A stretch of DNA of 64,000 nucleotides from positions 33,170,001 to 33,234,000 of the forward strand of contig NC_043015.1 of NCBI RefSeq assembly GCF_006345805.1, read 5' to 3'. Made by a program: the position numbers and the translations under genes. The notes beneath the pieces were generated by a model, which had not been told where the DNA came from, did no database searches, and saw nothing but the letters and a program-made list of their open reading frames with translations. How positions within the stretch are numbered: the first letter of the stretch is position 1; the number at the start of each line of letters is the position of its first letter. This document shows positions 1-11,358 of the stretch, piece by piece. The DNA comes from Octopus sinensis. Lineage: Eukaryota.

Positions 1-2055
1 ACCTAAACGGATAAAGCTAGTATTTTTTTTTCGGTTTTGGATTAGTGCCGTTCCATCAACATGAGTGCACGGCTTGTGTAACTAGAAACCCTACCTTCTT
101 GAGCAAGCACTGTACTAACTCTCGAGGAAAGTTCCTGTCAGTATTTCTTGAAATTTATCGACAGCCAGCTACTCGATCTCGATCCATTTCCAGGGAGAGA
201 TGCCTTGTAAAAAGTCGAAGGTGCTCGCTGGTACTTGCATAGTGGGGTTTCAATCAGGAAAAACACTGAGCTACAACTCCCAAACAAACGCAATTCTCAA
301 ACAGATTTTGGTAGGATGCTGCTAAAGATGGTTTGAATCTTTTGAGGATCGGTGAGATCCCAATCTCACTGAAAACATGACAAAACAAGATAAGCTCTTT
401 GACATGTAACAAGCATTTAAAAAATTTTTTCTTCGACTTGGTTCCAGAATCTTGGAGACGTTTCGGTGTTGTTTTAAGTTTGCATCGTATTTAGCTTGAC
501 TCCTCTCGTGGATTGTGCTGTCATCGGAAACATTCTTATCGGTGAAATCTGTGATTGCTTTGAACGCTTTCTCAAAGATCTCGGATGCTAAGTTGTCGCA
601 AAAGAGCAATCTTTTGTGCTGATACATCCCTTTGTGTGTGCAAATGTGTTTAAGTATCGACCTGCTTCTCCCAGCACGAGCTGATGGCACGCATTTTATA
701 GATCTAACTTGTTGAAAATTGTACAGGAGTTGAGGCTGGCAACGAAGCCGTCGACGGTCGGCATGAGATATTTCTTCCTATGGATGGATTGATTCGCTTT
801 TCTCATGTTGAGACAAATACTTATTTCGCTTGTTTTCTTGGGAACCATCATCGCACAATTTTTTTTTCAATGACACAATTTCTGCGTACATGGAACAGTA
901 TACACCGATATCCCTGTGTTACAGGAGAAACAGATAAATCAATAAGCAGCTTCACTTTTAACATAGAGAACATACAGGATGAAAAGGCAAAAATCAACAA
1001 TGTTCGATGCTTGAAAAGTCATCTCTCAGGTTTTCGACGTTTGCATAGAAGCCCACTGCGTATGTTTATGCTTCTACTCAATGTTTGTTTTAAAAGATCC
1101 ATGAATAGCAACAGGCTTATATAGAACCATAAGCATTAGTCTGAGCGGAATTTCCCCACTACTTGAGCTTGTTATGTATATTGTCATAGTAATCCTCTGT
1201 TAAAATGTTCACATTGGCACCAGTATCAACTGAGATTGTTGCTGGAGAGTCGCTGATGTAAGCGGTAGTCATAGAAGTCCTTGAAGTGTTTGTATGTATA
1301 TTGTCTATTACGAAGCTGATCCCTTATCGGATCTCATTCTCAGAGATGTGAGAAAAAAAAATTTGCCTTACGTTGGATATGGTGGACTGATAGATACGAG
1401 TAAAATGATTAATCTTGTAGCAGTTTTTAGATTCTTTTTTCTTGGGTGGACAAAAGACATGGGGCCATGGACCACCGCGGTAACGACAAATAACTGAGTC
1501 ACTACCCTCCAAAAGATCAACTGTGGCGATGTTGTGGTAAAGACTTGCAACTAGTAACACCACTGCAATCACCTCTAGAGCTGGCGTGCTACTCCCCATA
1601 AAACAAGAAACTTATGAAGAGTTGTCGCTCCTTCCTCTCTTGATACCGTTGTCACAACTGGAGTCAACTCCATTGTATAGAAAATTGATAACAGCAGACT
1701 CCATGACCGCAGTTCTTGCATCCGCCAATTCAAGTACTTTTTGTTTCATCAAGAAATTCGGACAGTAAGCATTCGGACAATGCTTATTTTTCAGAGCTCT
1801 ACGTCAAACAATAGCTTACAAAATTTGTGCCCAAATTTCTCTATTACCATCTTGAAATTCGCATGTTTCTTCTTAAGTGGCATTTTTTCTATGGCGTACT
1901 GACGTACTCATCAGCAGCATCAACAATATTCACACTGTGTACAATGTCTTCGTCTGTGAAACTATCAAGGATGTAAATATCTCTTTAAGAACATGATTAA
2001 GCTTTTCCCTTGCTTTTGCTAGTCACATCACAGATTTTCAAAACGTTTTGACCAT
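1..2055 (-). mobile_element. Decayed Ty3/Gypsy LTR-retrotransposon gag-pol, running off the window start
   Basis: Frameshifted and stop-ridden minus-strand pieces: gag knuckle-like ICRYRGGPWPH..CP..., protease-like VDTGANVNIL, RT-like KKYLMPTVDGFVASLNSCTIFNKLDL and HKGMYQHKRLLFCDNLASEIFEKAF..KNVSDD. No LTR or PBS confidently found. Confidence 0.8.
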
Positions 2056-2519
2056 TTTCGCGACTGCAGTCACTAAATTATTTATCACTGTGCGTAGGGC
2101 GGTAGAAAGGAAAACGAGGGGACTGTCATGTCACTAGATCATGCACGGACAATTTTTTTCAAGAGGTTGGTCACATGAGACAGGGAGCATCATCAGGCAG
2201 GCCGCACTATTAAAATAAAAATCAAAGGTAAGTTTTCGTTGGCGTGCCATTCAGAATGTCTCGAGGGCTACATTTCCTCCATGTCTATTCTAGATCGTCG
2301 TCGACAAAATAAATATGGTGGGAAGTTCTCTCAATCTTATTGTTCTTTGCAATCCTCGTTGCCAAATAAATGTAGAATACCTCAGCTCGAAACAAATATA
2401 TACAGATTCTTCCATTATGTTTAATAAAGAAAGAAAAAAAAACAACACACTGTCCGGGATTTTTCTCTTTTCACACTCTTTATTATAACTTCCGCTTCCA
2501 GTAAAATTATATTGTAAAC

Positions 2520-2930
2520 AATACTATACTATACTATATACTATATAATACTGTACTATACTATACTATACTATACTATACTATACTATACTATACTATA
2601 CTATACTCGTCGTAGCTCGGCTTCGCGACCGAAGATTTACCGAGTGTGGAAATGCACGTCTGCTGAAGACTTACTGATGCCTGACGAGTCCGATTCGAGA
2701 GAAACAAGCATAAACACAGAGGCCACATAGGATGATGGACTGACCAGGCATGGTTGGAGTGGCCCTGCGTTTACTCCTCTCTCCCTTTCTCATATTTGCA
2801 AGGATGGTCCTGCGGGTGTCTTCAAAGGAAGCTGTTGTTCGGTGGACAGTGAGATGCCAAGCTTGACGGTCACTGTGGTAGAAATTAAGGGATTTCATTG
2901 GGGAGTCCTTGTACCTCTTTTTTGTGTGTG
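2520..2930 (-). mobile_element. RTE-clade LINE 3' end with (ATAGT)n tail
   Basis: KRYKDSPMKSLN..DRQAWHLTVHRTTASFEDTRR..CGLCVYACFSRIGLVRHQ matches the RTE C-terminal C-x2-C..SRIGL.SH finger. The pentanucleotide repeat 2520-2607 is the tail. Confidence 0.8.
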
Positions 2931-2939
2931 TGTGCTCCT

Positions 2940-3290
2940 GTATACAATACTGCATCTCGATAATAATTTGCCGACGAAATAACTCTCGATTCACGATAAC
3001 GACCCCAAACACATTCAGTCAAGTAGTTCATTCAATAATAAATACTGTGGCCCATTCACTAATAGATACCGTGATCTCATTTCTAATCCAAAACATCTGG
3101 AACTATATTAATATTAACATGAAATCTCGGAAACCTTTAAATCTCCACAGTTTATTGTGTGTTATCGAAGCATCTTGGAGACAAATTCCCATTTCTAATT
3201 ACCATCGCCTTATGAAATCTGTGCAACAAACTAATTGAGAAAAAGAGTTTATCACACGGTTTATTAAGCTGCAAATGTATTTTGTTCAAC
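2940..3290 (+). mobile_element. Tc1-family transposase C-terminal remnant
   Basis: HDNDPKH (2992-3012) and, after a frameshift, LIQNIWNYININMKSRKPLNLHSLLCVIEASWRQIP, resembling the Tc1 QDNDPKH / DLNPIENLW motifs. Confidence 0.65.
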
Positions 3291-3587
3291 AGGAGAAGCT
3301 TTGTTTCTGTGAAAAGACAATGCTTTTAATTCTGGTTCCAAATGTATGGTGCCTTCGATTCTACGTATAAATGGAAGGAATATTAAAGTACATAAGAATA
3401 CAAGAAAGATATTTTAGCATACAACTTATTGTCTTTCTCTTTTTATCTGTTTGTGGAGTGTTTTACGTAAAAATGAATATTACAGGTTTAATTCCTCCAT
3501 TTATAAGCTATAAAATTATAGTAAACAAAATCTATGCACTGGCTGCAAACCCATGGCAACCATTGAGCGTGTGTGTGTATGTATGTA

Positions 3588-3717
3588 CACTAGACGTAGC
3601 TAGAGTGTGAGCCACCTCCGGACTCCACAAAAGACACATAGTGCCAACAGCAGGCCCAAAAGAGGTGCCCCTTTAAAAGTGCCGCACGAGGCGGACCGCC
3701 CCTTAGCTACGCTAGTG
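3588..3717. mobile_element. Short MITE-like element
   Basis: Terminal inverted repeats cactagacgtagcta ... tagctacgctagtg (one indel) around a GC-rich interior. Confidence 0.5.
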
Positions 3718-3769
3718 TGTATGTATGTATGTATGTTATGATTACGAGCACGAGCAAGCCAGACAGGAA

Positions 3770-3781
3770 AAGATAGGTAGA

Positions 3782-3831
<50 letters not shown>

Positions 3832-3964
3832 GGCAGACAGGCAGACAGACAGACAGGCAGACAAATAGACAGACAGACATACAGACAGACAGATAGACAG
3901 ACAGATAGATAGATAGATAGATAGATAGATACATAGATAGATAGATAGATAGATAGACAGATAG

Positions 3965-4003
<39 letters not shown>

Positions 4004-4032
4004 TAAATAGACAGACAGACAGACAGGCAGGC

Positions 4033-4067
<35 letters not shown>

Positions 4068-4098
4068 TATAGATATATATATATATAGATAGATAGAT
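3770..4098. repeat. Compound (GATA)n/(GACA)n/(GA)n microsatellite
   Basis: Direct inspection; the ORFs called across it are artefacts. Confidence 0.95.
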
Positions 4099-4355
4099 GC
4101 ATTTTCCAGACAAACAGACAGCTATGTTTGATGTCTTTGCCCTCTGCTACCACCTCTACAGATGTTGTAACTGCAGTTAATGGACTCCGTAAGGCTGGAA
4201 CTAACAACCGCTTTTATCAGGAAATGTCGGCACGGAGAACTCCAAAAAAGGCATCGGCGACGTGTCATTGCTAATAAATATACAAGCCTTGGGTGTATAT
4301 ATGTGTGTGTTTGTGTATAACTGACTATAAATGTTTGCATGTCGATATGTTGGAT

Positions 4356-4398
<43 letters not shown>

Positions 4399-4498
4399 TG
4401 TGTGTGTGTGCGTGTGTGTGCGTGTGTGTGTGTGTGTGTGTGTAATTCCTATGCATGTCCATACAGAAGGTGTTACGTGAAAAGAGCGACGACTGTGC

Positions 4499-4555
4499 GT
4501 TACCATGACAACGGTCAGTCGCTTCGTGACGCTATTGTTGGTTGCTACGGAGGAC
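4499..4555. promoter_or_regulatory. RFX X-box-like motif GTTACCATGACAAC plus a GTTGCTACGG half-site in a CpG-rich island
   Basis: 14-bp near-palindrome at 4499-4512 and half-site at 4541, in ~180 bp of unique CpG-rich DNA between two (GT)n tracts. Confidence 0.4.
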
Positions 4556-4865
4556 ATGTAACCAGCACGAGATGCCATATGTCGTATTTACTGGACACTG
4601 TGAGCCGAGGTGGGGGTGTGCGGGTTTGCGTGAGTGTGTGTGAGTGGATGTGTGTGTGTGTGTGTGTGTAATTGTGTCGATATGTATGTATGTATATGAA
4701 TATTGCATGTGGCAATGAATAAATTGTTAGATACATGATGTTCTTGTTGTCAGTCCTAATCCGAAATGAAAAGAATTCTTGCCATGACCACCCCGTCTTC
4801 TATTTAGACATAGAATGTATGTCCAACACTACATTATCTAATGTAGCCTGCCTTTTCATAATACC

Positions 4866-5103
4866 AATTTCTATTTCTTTACTATCCACAAAGGGGACAA
4901 ACACAGAGGGAACAAACAAGGACAGACAAACCGATTAAGTCGATTACATCGACCCAGTGTGTAACTGGTACTTATTTAATCGACCCCGAAAGGATGAAAG
5001 GCAAAGTCGACCTCGGCGGAATTTGAACTCAGAATGTAGCAACGGGCGAAATACCGCTAAGCATTTCGCCCGGCGTGCTAACGATTCTGCCAGCTCGCCG
5101 CCT
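4866..5103 (-). mobile_element. tRNA-derived SINE (family A) with 17-bp TSD
   Basis: A/B-box-like head (tggcagaatcgttag, gagttcaaattcc). TGCCTTTTCATAATACC is duplicated at 4849-4865 and 5104-5120. Confidence 0.9.
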
Positions 5104-5589
5104 TGCCTTTTCATAATACCGTTGAGTGTTCTATGAGGGAGATTTGGCTGCTATTTCTAAGTGGCTGAATGACCACTTTGAGGATTCCATTGTTGGTTAG
5201 TGGGCAAGATTTGTATCATTTACTTGTTTCAGAGACTACGGCCATGATGGAGCACCACCTTGAAGGTTTAGTCCAATGTTTCTCAATCATTTTTAATCTG
5301 TGAATCCCTTTGGTTCCAATTTTACTCTCTTGGACTCCCAGACCCATTCAATGTTAAAAGTTCTATTATATTTTTATAACTAATAAATTTTAACAGCAAA
5401 ATCTTATATGAACCCCCTTGGACCATGTGGACCACAGTCCAGAACAACTGGTTTACGAAAACAAATTCACCCCTGTATTTGTTTTACATTTTGTAAGCCT
5501 GGTATTTACTTATTCTATCGGGGTCTCTTTGCCGAACAGCATGTGTGTGTGTGTTGTGTGTGTGTGTGTGTGTGGTGTGTGTGTGTGTG

Positions 5590-6200
5590 GAAGGGGCCAC
5601 TCAACAACTGCGCGGGTTCACCGATTATCGGTGAGCCGGGCGACGTGTCCAGCCCATCTAAACTTGCTGCGTGTATACTCTGCGATGACATCTCTCACGC
5701 CGGACTTCTTTCTGATGACCTCGCTACTGATGTGCTCTCTCTACGAGATACCAAGCATTGACCTTTCCATGGCTCTTTGAGCCGTTACCAGTCTCTGCTC
5801 TTCTCTCTTTGTGGTAGCCCATGTTTCACTCCCATATAACATTGCAGGTAGAACTGTACTGTTGATGAGGTCAGCGATAAGAGCGAGATGGAAAACGTTT
5901 GCGAAGACTTCTACACCAAGTTCTTTAAGTACCAGAAATGTCCAGCCATTACCATCACTCCAACAAGAAGAAAATGTGCCACCTATCCTTGTCAGTGAGG
6001 CTGAAAGAGCCATCGGCTTGATGAAAAACGGAAAGGCGCCAAGGAACGACAGTATAACATCGGAGGTGCTAAAGTCAAGCAGAGAGCAGCTCTGGAAAAT
6101 CCTCGCTGAGCGATTTACGCACTATCTAGACGAGGGAAGAATTCCCTCGCTGTGGAAAGAGTCAAATACCATCCTGCCATATAAGAAGGGCGATAGAGAA
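5590..6200. mobile_element. RTE LINE ORF2 fragments joined back-to-back
   Basis: Minus 5590-5935: STVLPAMLYGSETWATTKREEQRLVTAQRAMERSMLGIS. Plus 5940-6200: VPPILVSEAERAIGLMKNGKAPRNDSITSEVLK..WKESNTILPYKKGDRE. Confidence 0.85.
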
Positions 6201-6254
6201 CATATATATATAATTTTGACGGATTCGGTCAGCGGAGCAGAAACGTCAGATGCG

Positions 6255-6432
6255 TAAAGCTAGAGCCGCCTGCATCAGTAGCACGGCCCCTACCCACTTC
6301 TGCCCCACCTGTGGGAGGGGCTTCCTTGCCCGGATTGGCCTCACCAGCCACCTCAGGTCTCATGGCGGCAGTTCCATCAGATGATGTCAGTTGGTCATCT
6401 TCGAACCGAAGGACGAACATTATTATTATATA
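6255..6432 (+). mobile_element. RTE LINE 3' end with (ATT)n tail
   Basis: HFCPTCGRGFLARIGLTSHLRSH followed by an attattattat tail. Confidence 0.8.
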
Positions 6433-6597
6433 ATTTTGTATGTAACACAATTTTTAATCTTCGGATTTTTTTAAATATGCTAAGCCACTTGTTTTAATTG
6501 ATTAATATCAATTTCTACTCTTATTATTTAATTTTAAATAAATAAAAATTATCTCTAACCAGTAAATTGATTGCTGAAATTTATTAACTGCAGAGCA

Positions 6598-6620
6598 ATT
6601 TCCGGTCTCAGCGCGCCAAA
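6598..6620 (+). promoter_or_regulatory. Promoter-like cluster: ETS-like ATTTCCGGT and E2F-like GCGCGCCAAA directly before an ATG
   Basis: Motifs at 6598-6606 and 6611-6620; CpG-rich tract continues to ~6880. Confidence 0.4.
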
Positions 6621-6705
6621 ATGAAGACATTTGAAGAATACACCCAAAGAGAATTTCTTCGATTTCGGTTGAGCTTTCTGTATCTAGTTCTGGAAATTGA
6701 GTTTT
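6621..6705 (+). CDS. Candidate first coding exon of an unknown plus-strand gene
   Basis: aaaATG context, MKTFEEYTQREFLRFRLSFLYLVLEIEF plus 1 nt, donor T|gtaagc (phase 1), in frame with 13043-13156. Confidence 0.35.
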
Positions 6706-7625
6706 GTAAGCGACAGACTACGCGGACGACCTTGCGGATATCTGGTACGTAGATAATGCTTTTTTTATTTCGTATATTTTCATTTGTCTTGACCATTTTT
6801 ACATTTTGCTGAGATTCTTCTTGAGAAATCATTCTTCCTGGTAATGGCGATTCGGACGTCTGTTTCGCATATTAGGTGTCATTCCTCTTCAAGCATTTTT
6901 TTTTCTTTTCACTTCCTATCCTGGGTTGTGTTTTATTGCAATACCCACGGTTAGTTTTTAAGACACACAGTTCATGCATTAAAAAACTGACTTAGCTTTC
7001 AACACTTCTGGACATTTTGGCGAATGTACGATTATGTGTGTCTCTGTGTGGGCGGACGTGTTTCAGTTTCCCTAAGCGTCAAACTAACACACCTTGTTTG
7101 TTGTTCTCTCACCTGTCTCTATCTTCTGGGGTTTTTCTTGTGTACAATTCTGACCTATATATTACAGCACCATATTGTTGCAGGATGCTGCAATATTCCC
7201 AGAAACTTTTTTTTCTTTGTTTTCCAATTGATTTTAGTGGAGAGATGGGAAGAGTTGGTTGACTGGCAATTCGTTGGGTCTAATAATTCTATTCCTGTTT
7301 GATTAGAATTGGTCCCATAGTGTCGGAGATTCATGATAGATGAGCCGAACCTCCTTAATATCCATATTATACTGTTTACACGGGCCATCATTTTATTCGT
7401 GTACCTTAGTTTTCATACGAGACCCTATTTCATAGTGTGTAATCGTGATTTCATACTCTATGAGCAATACCTTTTTTTATTAAATACAATTTGAAAATAT
7501 TTTATTTGAACTTAAATTTTAGAAAATATTAAGCTTCGTCTACAAAGAGGTTTTAGTGGATGGACACCAAAATAATGGACTGACAGGAAGAGTGGTGTTC
7601 CTACAAGATCTTTGGTCTCTGCTAT

Positions 7626-7868
7626 GGCGGCGAGCTGGCAGAAACGTTAGTGCACCGGGCGAAATGCTTAGAGATATTTCGTCTGTCGTTACGTTCTGAG
7701 TTCAAATTCTGCCGAGGTCGACTTTGCCTCGGCGGAATTTGAACTCATCCTCTCGGGGTCGATAAATAAAGTACCAGTTTCGCACTGGGTCGATGTAATC
7801 GACTTAATCCCTTTGTCTGTCCTTGTTTGTCCCCTCTATGTTTAGCCCCTTGTGGGTAGTAAAGAAAT
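7626..7868 (+). mobile_element. SINE family A copy carrying an internal inverted insertion
   Basis: Same sequence as the other family-A copies plus 15 extra nt forming a 20-bp hairpin (7698-7746). Confidence 0.9.
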
Positions 7869-8237
7869 ATATTCTTGTTTGTGTGTCACCTGCTGAACAA
7901 TGAAGCCTAAGCCATTTGTGTATACCAGTGGTTCCATAGGGGACGGTGGATATTCTATTCATCGTAGTTTCAGCCCGGCTTGAAGTACACAGGAGACAGT
8001 GATCCTGAACAGCCAAAGAAAAAAACAAAACAAAACAAAGTAAATTGAAGGGATCTTTAAGTTACAAGGAGCATTACGAAATATTTGAGTCGCTTTCCTA
8101 CGCGATCTATGGCGACAAGAGTTTTATTCCAACATCCAAAACAAATCCAAGAAATTAGGAGTCAAAATTCCATTCAGAACCTGCCCGACTTTTAACTCCT
8201 GAAATTAAGATGCTTTGCAAAAGCTTCAGTATCGTAT

Positions 8238-8909
8238 CGAAATTTTCGGTTAATGTTTACATCTTCACCCGGAAATGAAAATCAAAAAAAAAAAAAATAC
8301 TGGAATGGGTGTAAAATAATGTGTGGGAAGCGAATTTGAAAGGAAAGCAACGGGTGGAGGGTGAGGAGAGGACTTCGGAAAATTCACAAGATCCAAGCTT
8401 TTCCCTCGTGACTTTTAGGAAAATTTCAATGAAATTTTATAGAAATACCTTTCAAACTGCATACATTACAATTATAAAGAAATTTATGGGGAAAATCTTT
8501 TCCAAGAGGGTGGGGGAGAGGACATCGGAAAATTCACAAAATCTGAGTTTTCCCTCATAACTTTTGGAAAATGTTTTTTTTTTTTCGATGAAATTTTATA
8601 TAAATACCTTTGAATCGGCATACATTACGGTTATAAAGAAACTTGCGGGGGAGAGGACATCGGAAAATTCACAAAATCTGAATTTTTCCCTCATAACTTT
8701 TGGAAAATGGGGGGGGGGGGGTCGATGAAATTTTATATATATAACTTTGAATCGGCATAAATTTCGGTTATAACGAAATTTGTGGGGGAAATCTTTTTTC
8801 CTAATGGGGTGGGGAGAGGACTTCTGAAAATTCACAAGATCCAAGTTTTTCCCTCATAACTGTATATATATATAATGTGTGTGTATATATATATATATAT
8901 ATATAATAA

Positions 8910-8943
<34 letters not shown>

Positions 8944-8997
8944 GTGTGTGTGTGTGTATATATATATAATGTGTGTGTGTGTATATATATTATATAA

Positions 8998-9029
<32 letters not shown>

Positions 9030-9180
9030 ATGTGTGTGTGTATATATATATATATATATAATGTGTGTGTGTATATATATATATAATGTGTGTGTGTGTA
9101 TATAATATATATATATATATATATGTGTGTGTGGTATATATATATATATTATATATATATAATGTGTGTGTGTGTGTATG

Positions 9181-9216
<36 letters not shown>

Positions 9217-9998
9217 ATGTGTGTGTATATATATTATATATATGTATATATATATGTGTATCTATCTCTCTCTAATGATCATAATATAGGGGAGGTATAT
9301 TTAAGAGAGAGAGAGAAAGTAATAACGAGTGAATGAGAATAACGATGAAAGGTTAAAAAAGCGTAAAATAATTGAAAATGAAACAAAATTGAAGGCAAAA
9401 CACTAAAAATTATTGAAAGTGGGTAGAAATAAACACTACGTAGTGTAGTAGTAGTTGTAGTAGTACTAGGCTAGGGTATCTGTAGAAAGATAAATGTGAT
9501 TTCGGAATATAACGAGGAAAAATTCGAATCTTTGGAATTTTCCCCACAATCTCAAAAATCTCAAGATTTTCCCCACAAATTACTTTATAGTCATAATGTA
9601 TGCCGTTTCAAAAAATATATAAAATTTCATTGAAAAAAACCCCCATTTTCCTAAATGTTATGGGGGAAAAACTCAGATTTTGTGAATTTTCCGATGTCCT
9701 CTCCCCACCCTCTTGGAAAAGATTTTCCCCACAAATTTCTTTATAATTGAAATGTATGCTGGTTGAAAGTTATTATTATTAAATTTCATTGAAAAAAAAA
9801 ACCCCATTTTCCTAAAAGTTACGAGGGAAAAGTTCGGATCTTGTGAATTTTCCGAAGACCTCTCCCCACCCTCCAGCTACTTTGTGCGCATTTTTTTTTT
9901 TCATATTCGTTTCCTACATGTTGTTTTTACACCCATTCCAGTACATCTTTTAAATGTTCATTTCCGGGTCAAGATGTAAACATTAGCCAAATATTCCT
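8238..9998. mobile_element. Foldback-like element: long inverted arms built of ~135-165 bp subrepeats
   Basis: Left arm ~8238-8860 (units at 8365, 8515, 8650, 8813) is the reverse complement of right arm ~9540-9998, e.g. aatgtttacatcttcacccggaaatga versus tcatttccgggtcaagatgtaaacatt. No ORF; TSD not found. Confidence 0.75.
8862..9270. repeat. Higher-order (TA)nA(TG)n compound minisatellite
   Basis: Repeating tatatatataatgtgtgtgtg units inside the foldback element. Confidence 0.9.
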
Positions 9999-10010
9999 GA
10001 ACTGGTTTAA

Positions 10011-10172
10011 CCCCTTACCCAACAATTATTTTGAAAATAAATGTATTTTTTAATTGTTTTATTTTTTAATTGTTGATTTTGGCGAGTCTATCTTTTGACG
10101 AGTTAACTCGCCAGAGATAGAAAAAAACGATTTAGGTCAAAACACATATATTCGTTTCTGCCGGGTAAGGGG
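10011..10172. mobile_element. piggyBac-type MITE (162 bp) with TTAA TSD
   Basis: TTAA|CCCCTTACCC ... GGGTAAGGGG|TTAA: perfect 10-bp TIRs, TTAA at 10007-10010 and 10173-10176. Confidence 0.8.
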
Positions 10173-10831
10173 TTAACGGTCCTCTCTGTCCATAATCAAA
10201 TTCAGATTTACCGTTTTTTGCACAGCATCATTTAACTTTTGCCAGCAGAGAGCATTCAGTAGAAAAACGAATAAAATGAACAAATATCACCAAAAAAAAA
10301 AAGGGAAAAAAGTCTGTTATCAATGCATTTATGGTTAGCAGCACTCATTGCTTCTAAACTAAGAGAATGATTTCAACAGTTTACAAAAATAAACTTGGCA
10401 ATTCTTTTATTAATCCTGTGTTGGACACCATTTTCCTAATCAGGCGTGTCCATTGCATTGTCGTTGTATTGTAATCGGCAGTTTTATAATAGCATTTAGC
10501 CTTTACAAGTTGATCCAAAATTACTTTCATCGTGTTTCCAGCATCCTTTCATTTTAATTGCATAAATTCCAAGAAAAGACTCTTTCATCATTTCGTTTTG
10601 AAATAATTGTTGTCTCCTTAAAATCAATATCAATAAACCGAATTGCTGTTTCTGCCTTCTGCTCTCGATAAACAGGATGTTGGTGTCACCTGGGCCAGCC
10701 CTTATTGCTTTACTGTCCACAAGGGGTTACACAGAGACGGGGCAAACATAAGGAGCAGCCCTTATGTTTGCCGTTATACTCCTCCACCCCTCCACTGGAC
10801 CCCTCCCTCCAAACCTATACTGGCTTATATA

Positions 10832-11061
10832 TATTTCTTTATTACCCACAAGGGGCTAAACACAGAGGGGACGAACAAGGACAGACAAACGGATTAAGTC
10901 GATTATATTGACCTCCAGTGCGTAACTGGTACTTAATTTATCGACCCCGAAAGGATGAAAGGCAAAGTCGACCTCAGCGGAATTTGAACTCAGAACGTAA
11001 CGGCAGATGAAATACTGCTAAGCATTTCGTCCGGCGCGCTAACGTTTCTGCCAGCTCGCCG
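10832..11061 (-). mobile_element. SINE family A, near-consensus copy
   Basis: Matches 4866-5103; possible TSD cttatata. Further family-A or related copies at about 12596-12800(+), 22520-22720(+), 23300-23490(-), 31610-31790(+), 36299-36512(-), 37478-37709(+), 38845-39245(-, two in tandem), 49560-49720(-), 50310-50490(-), 55395-55610(-), 57340-57460(-). Confidence 0.9.
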
Positions 11062-11358
11062 CTTATATAGCAAACCTAATATGCCGGCCCCATCCTCATA
11101 AAAGTGTTGTTAACCCTTTCGTTACTGTATTTATTTTGAGATGTTCTGTGTTTCTTTCAATTACTTTAAATATAACAAAGAATTTAGTAAAATAACTTAG
11201 TTATCATTCAGCTAGTGTTAGGAACATAAATTGTGACTAAGGTTTGGTGGAAGATTTTAATTGAAACCTTAAGAAAACAAGACATATGTACAACAGAGCC
11301 AGATTCAGCGTGCTGTCCTTATTACTAGCTACGCATTTGTTCTGATCGCAGTTTATAG

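Noticed and set aside
2060-2500. LTR and primer-binding site for the Gypsy element
   Set aside because: No convincing TG..CA LTR or tRNA-complementary PBS could be read.
2681-2705. Hammerhead-like CTGACGAGTCC...GAAAC
   Set aside because: It is the reverse complement of the RTE codons for SRIGLVRHQ; stem II does not pair and there is no NUH triplet.
3707-4671. Long ORFs made of LSIYLSVC / THTH / CVCV / YIYI runs, here and throughout the ORF track
   Set aside because: Translations of microsatellites with no coding signal.
4990-5103. tRNA genes suggested by A/B-box motifs
   Set aside because: They are SINE heads: no closable cloverleaf, and they are attached to repeated bodies with TSDs.
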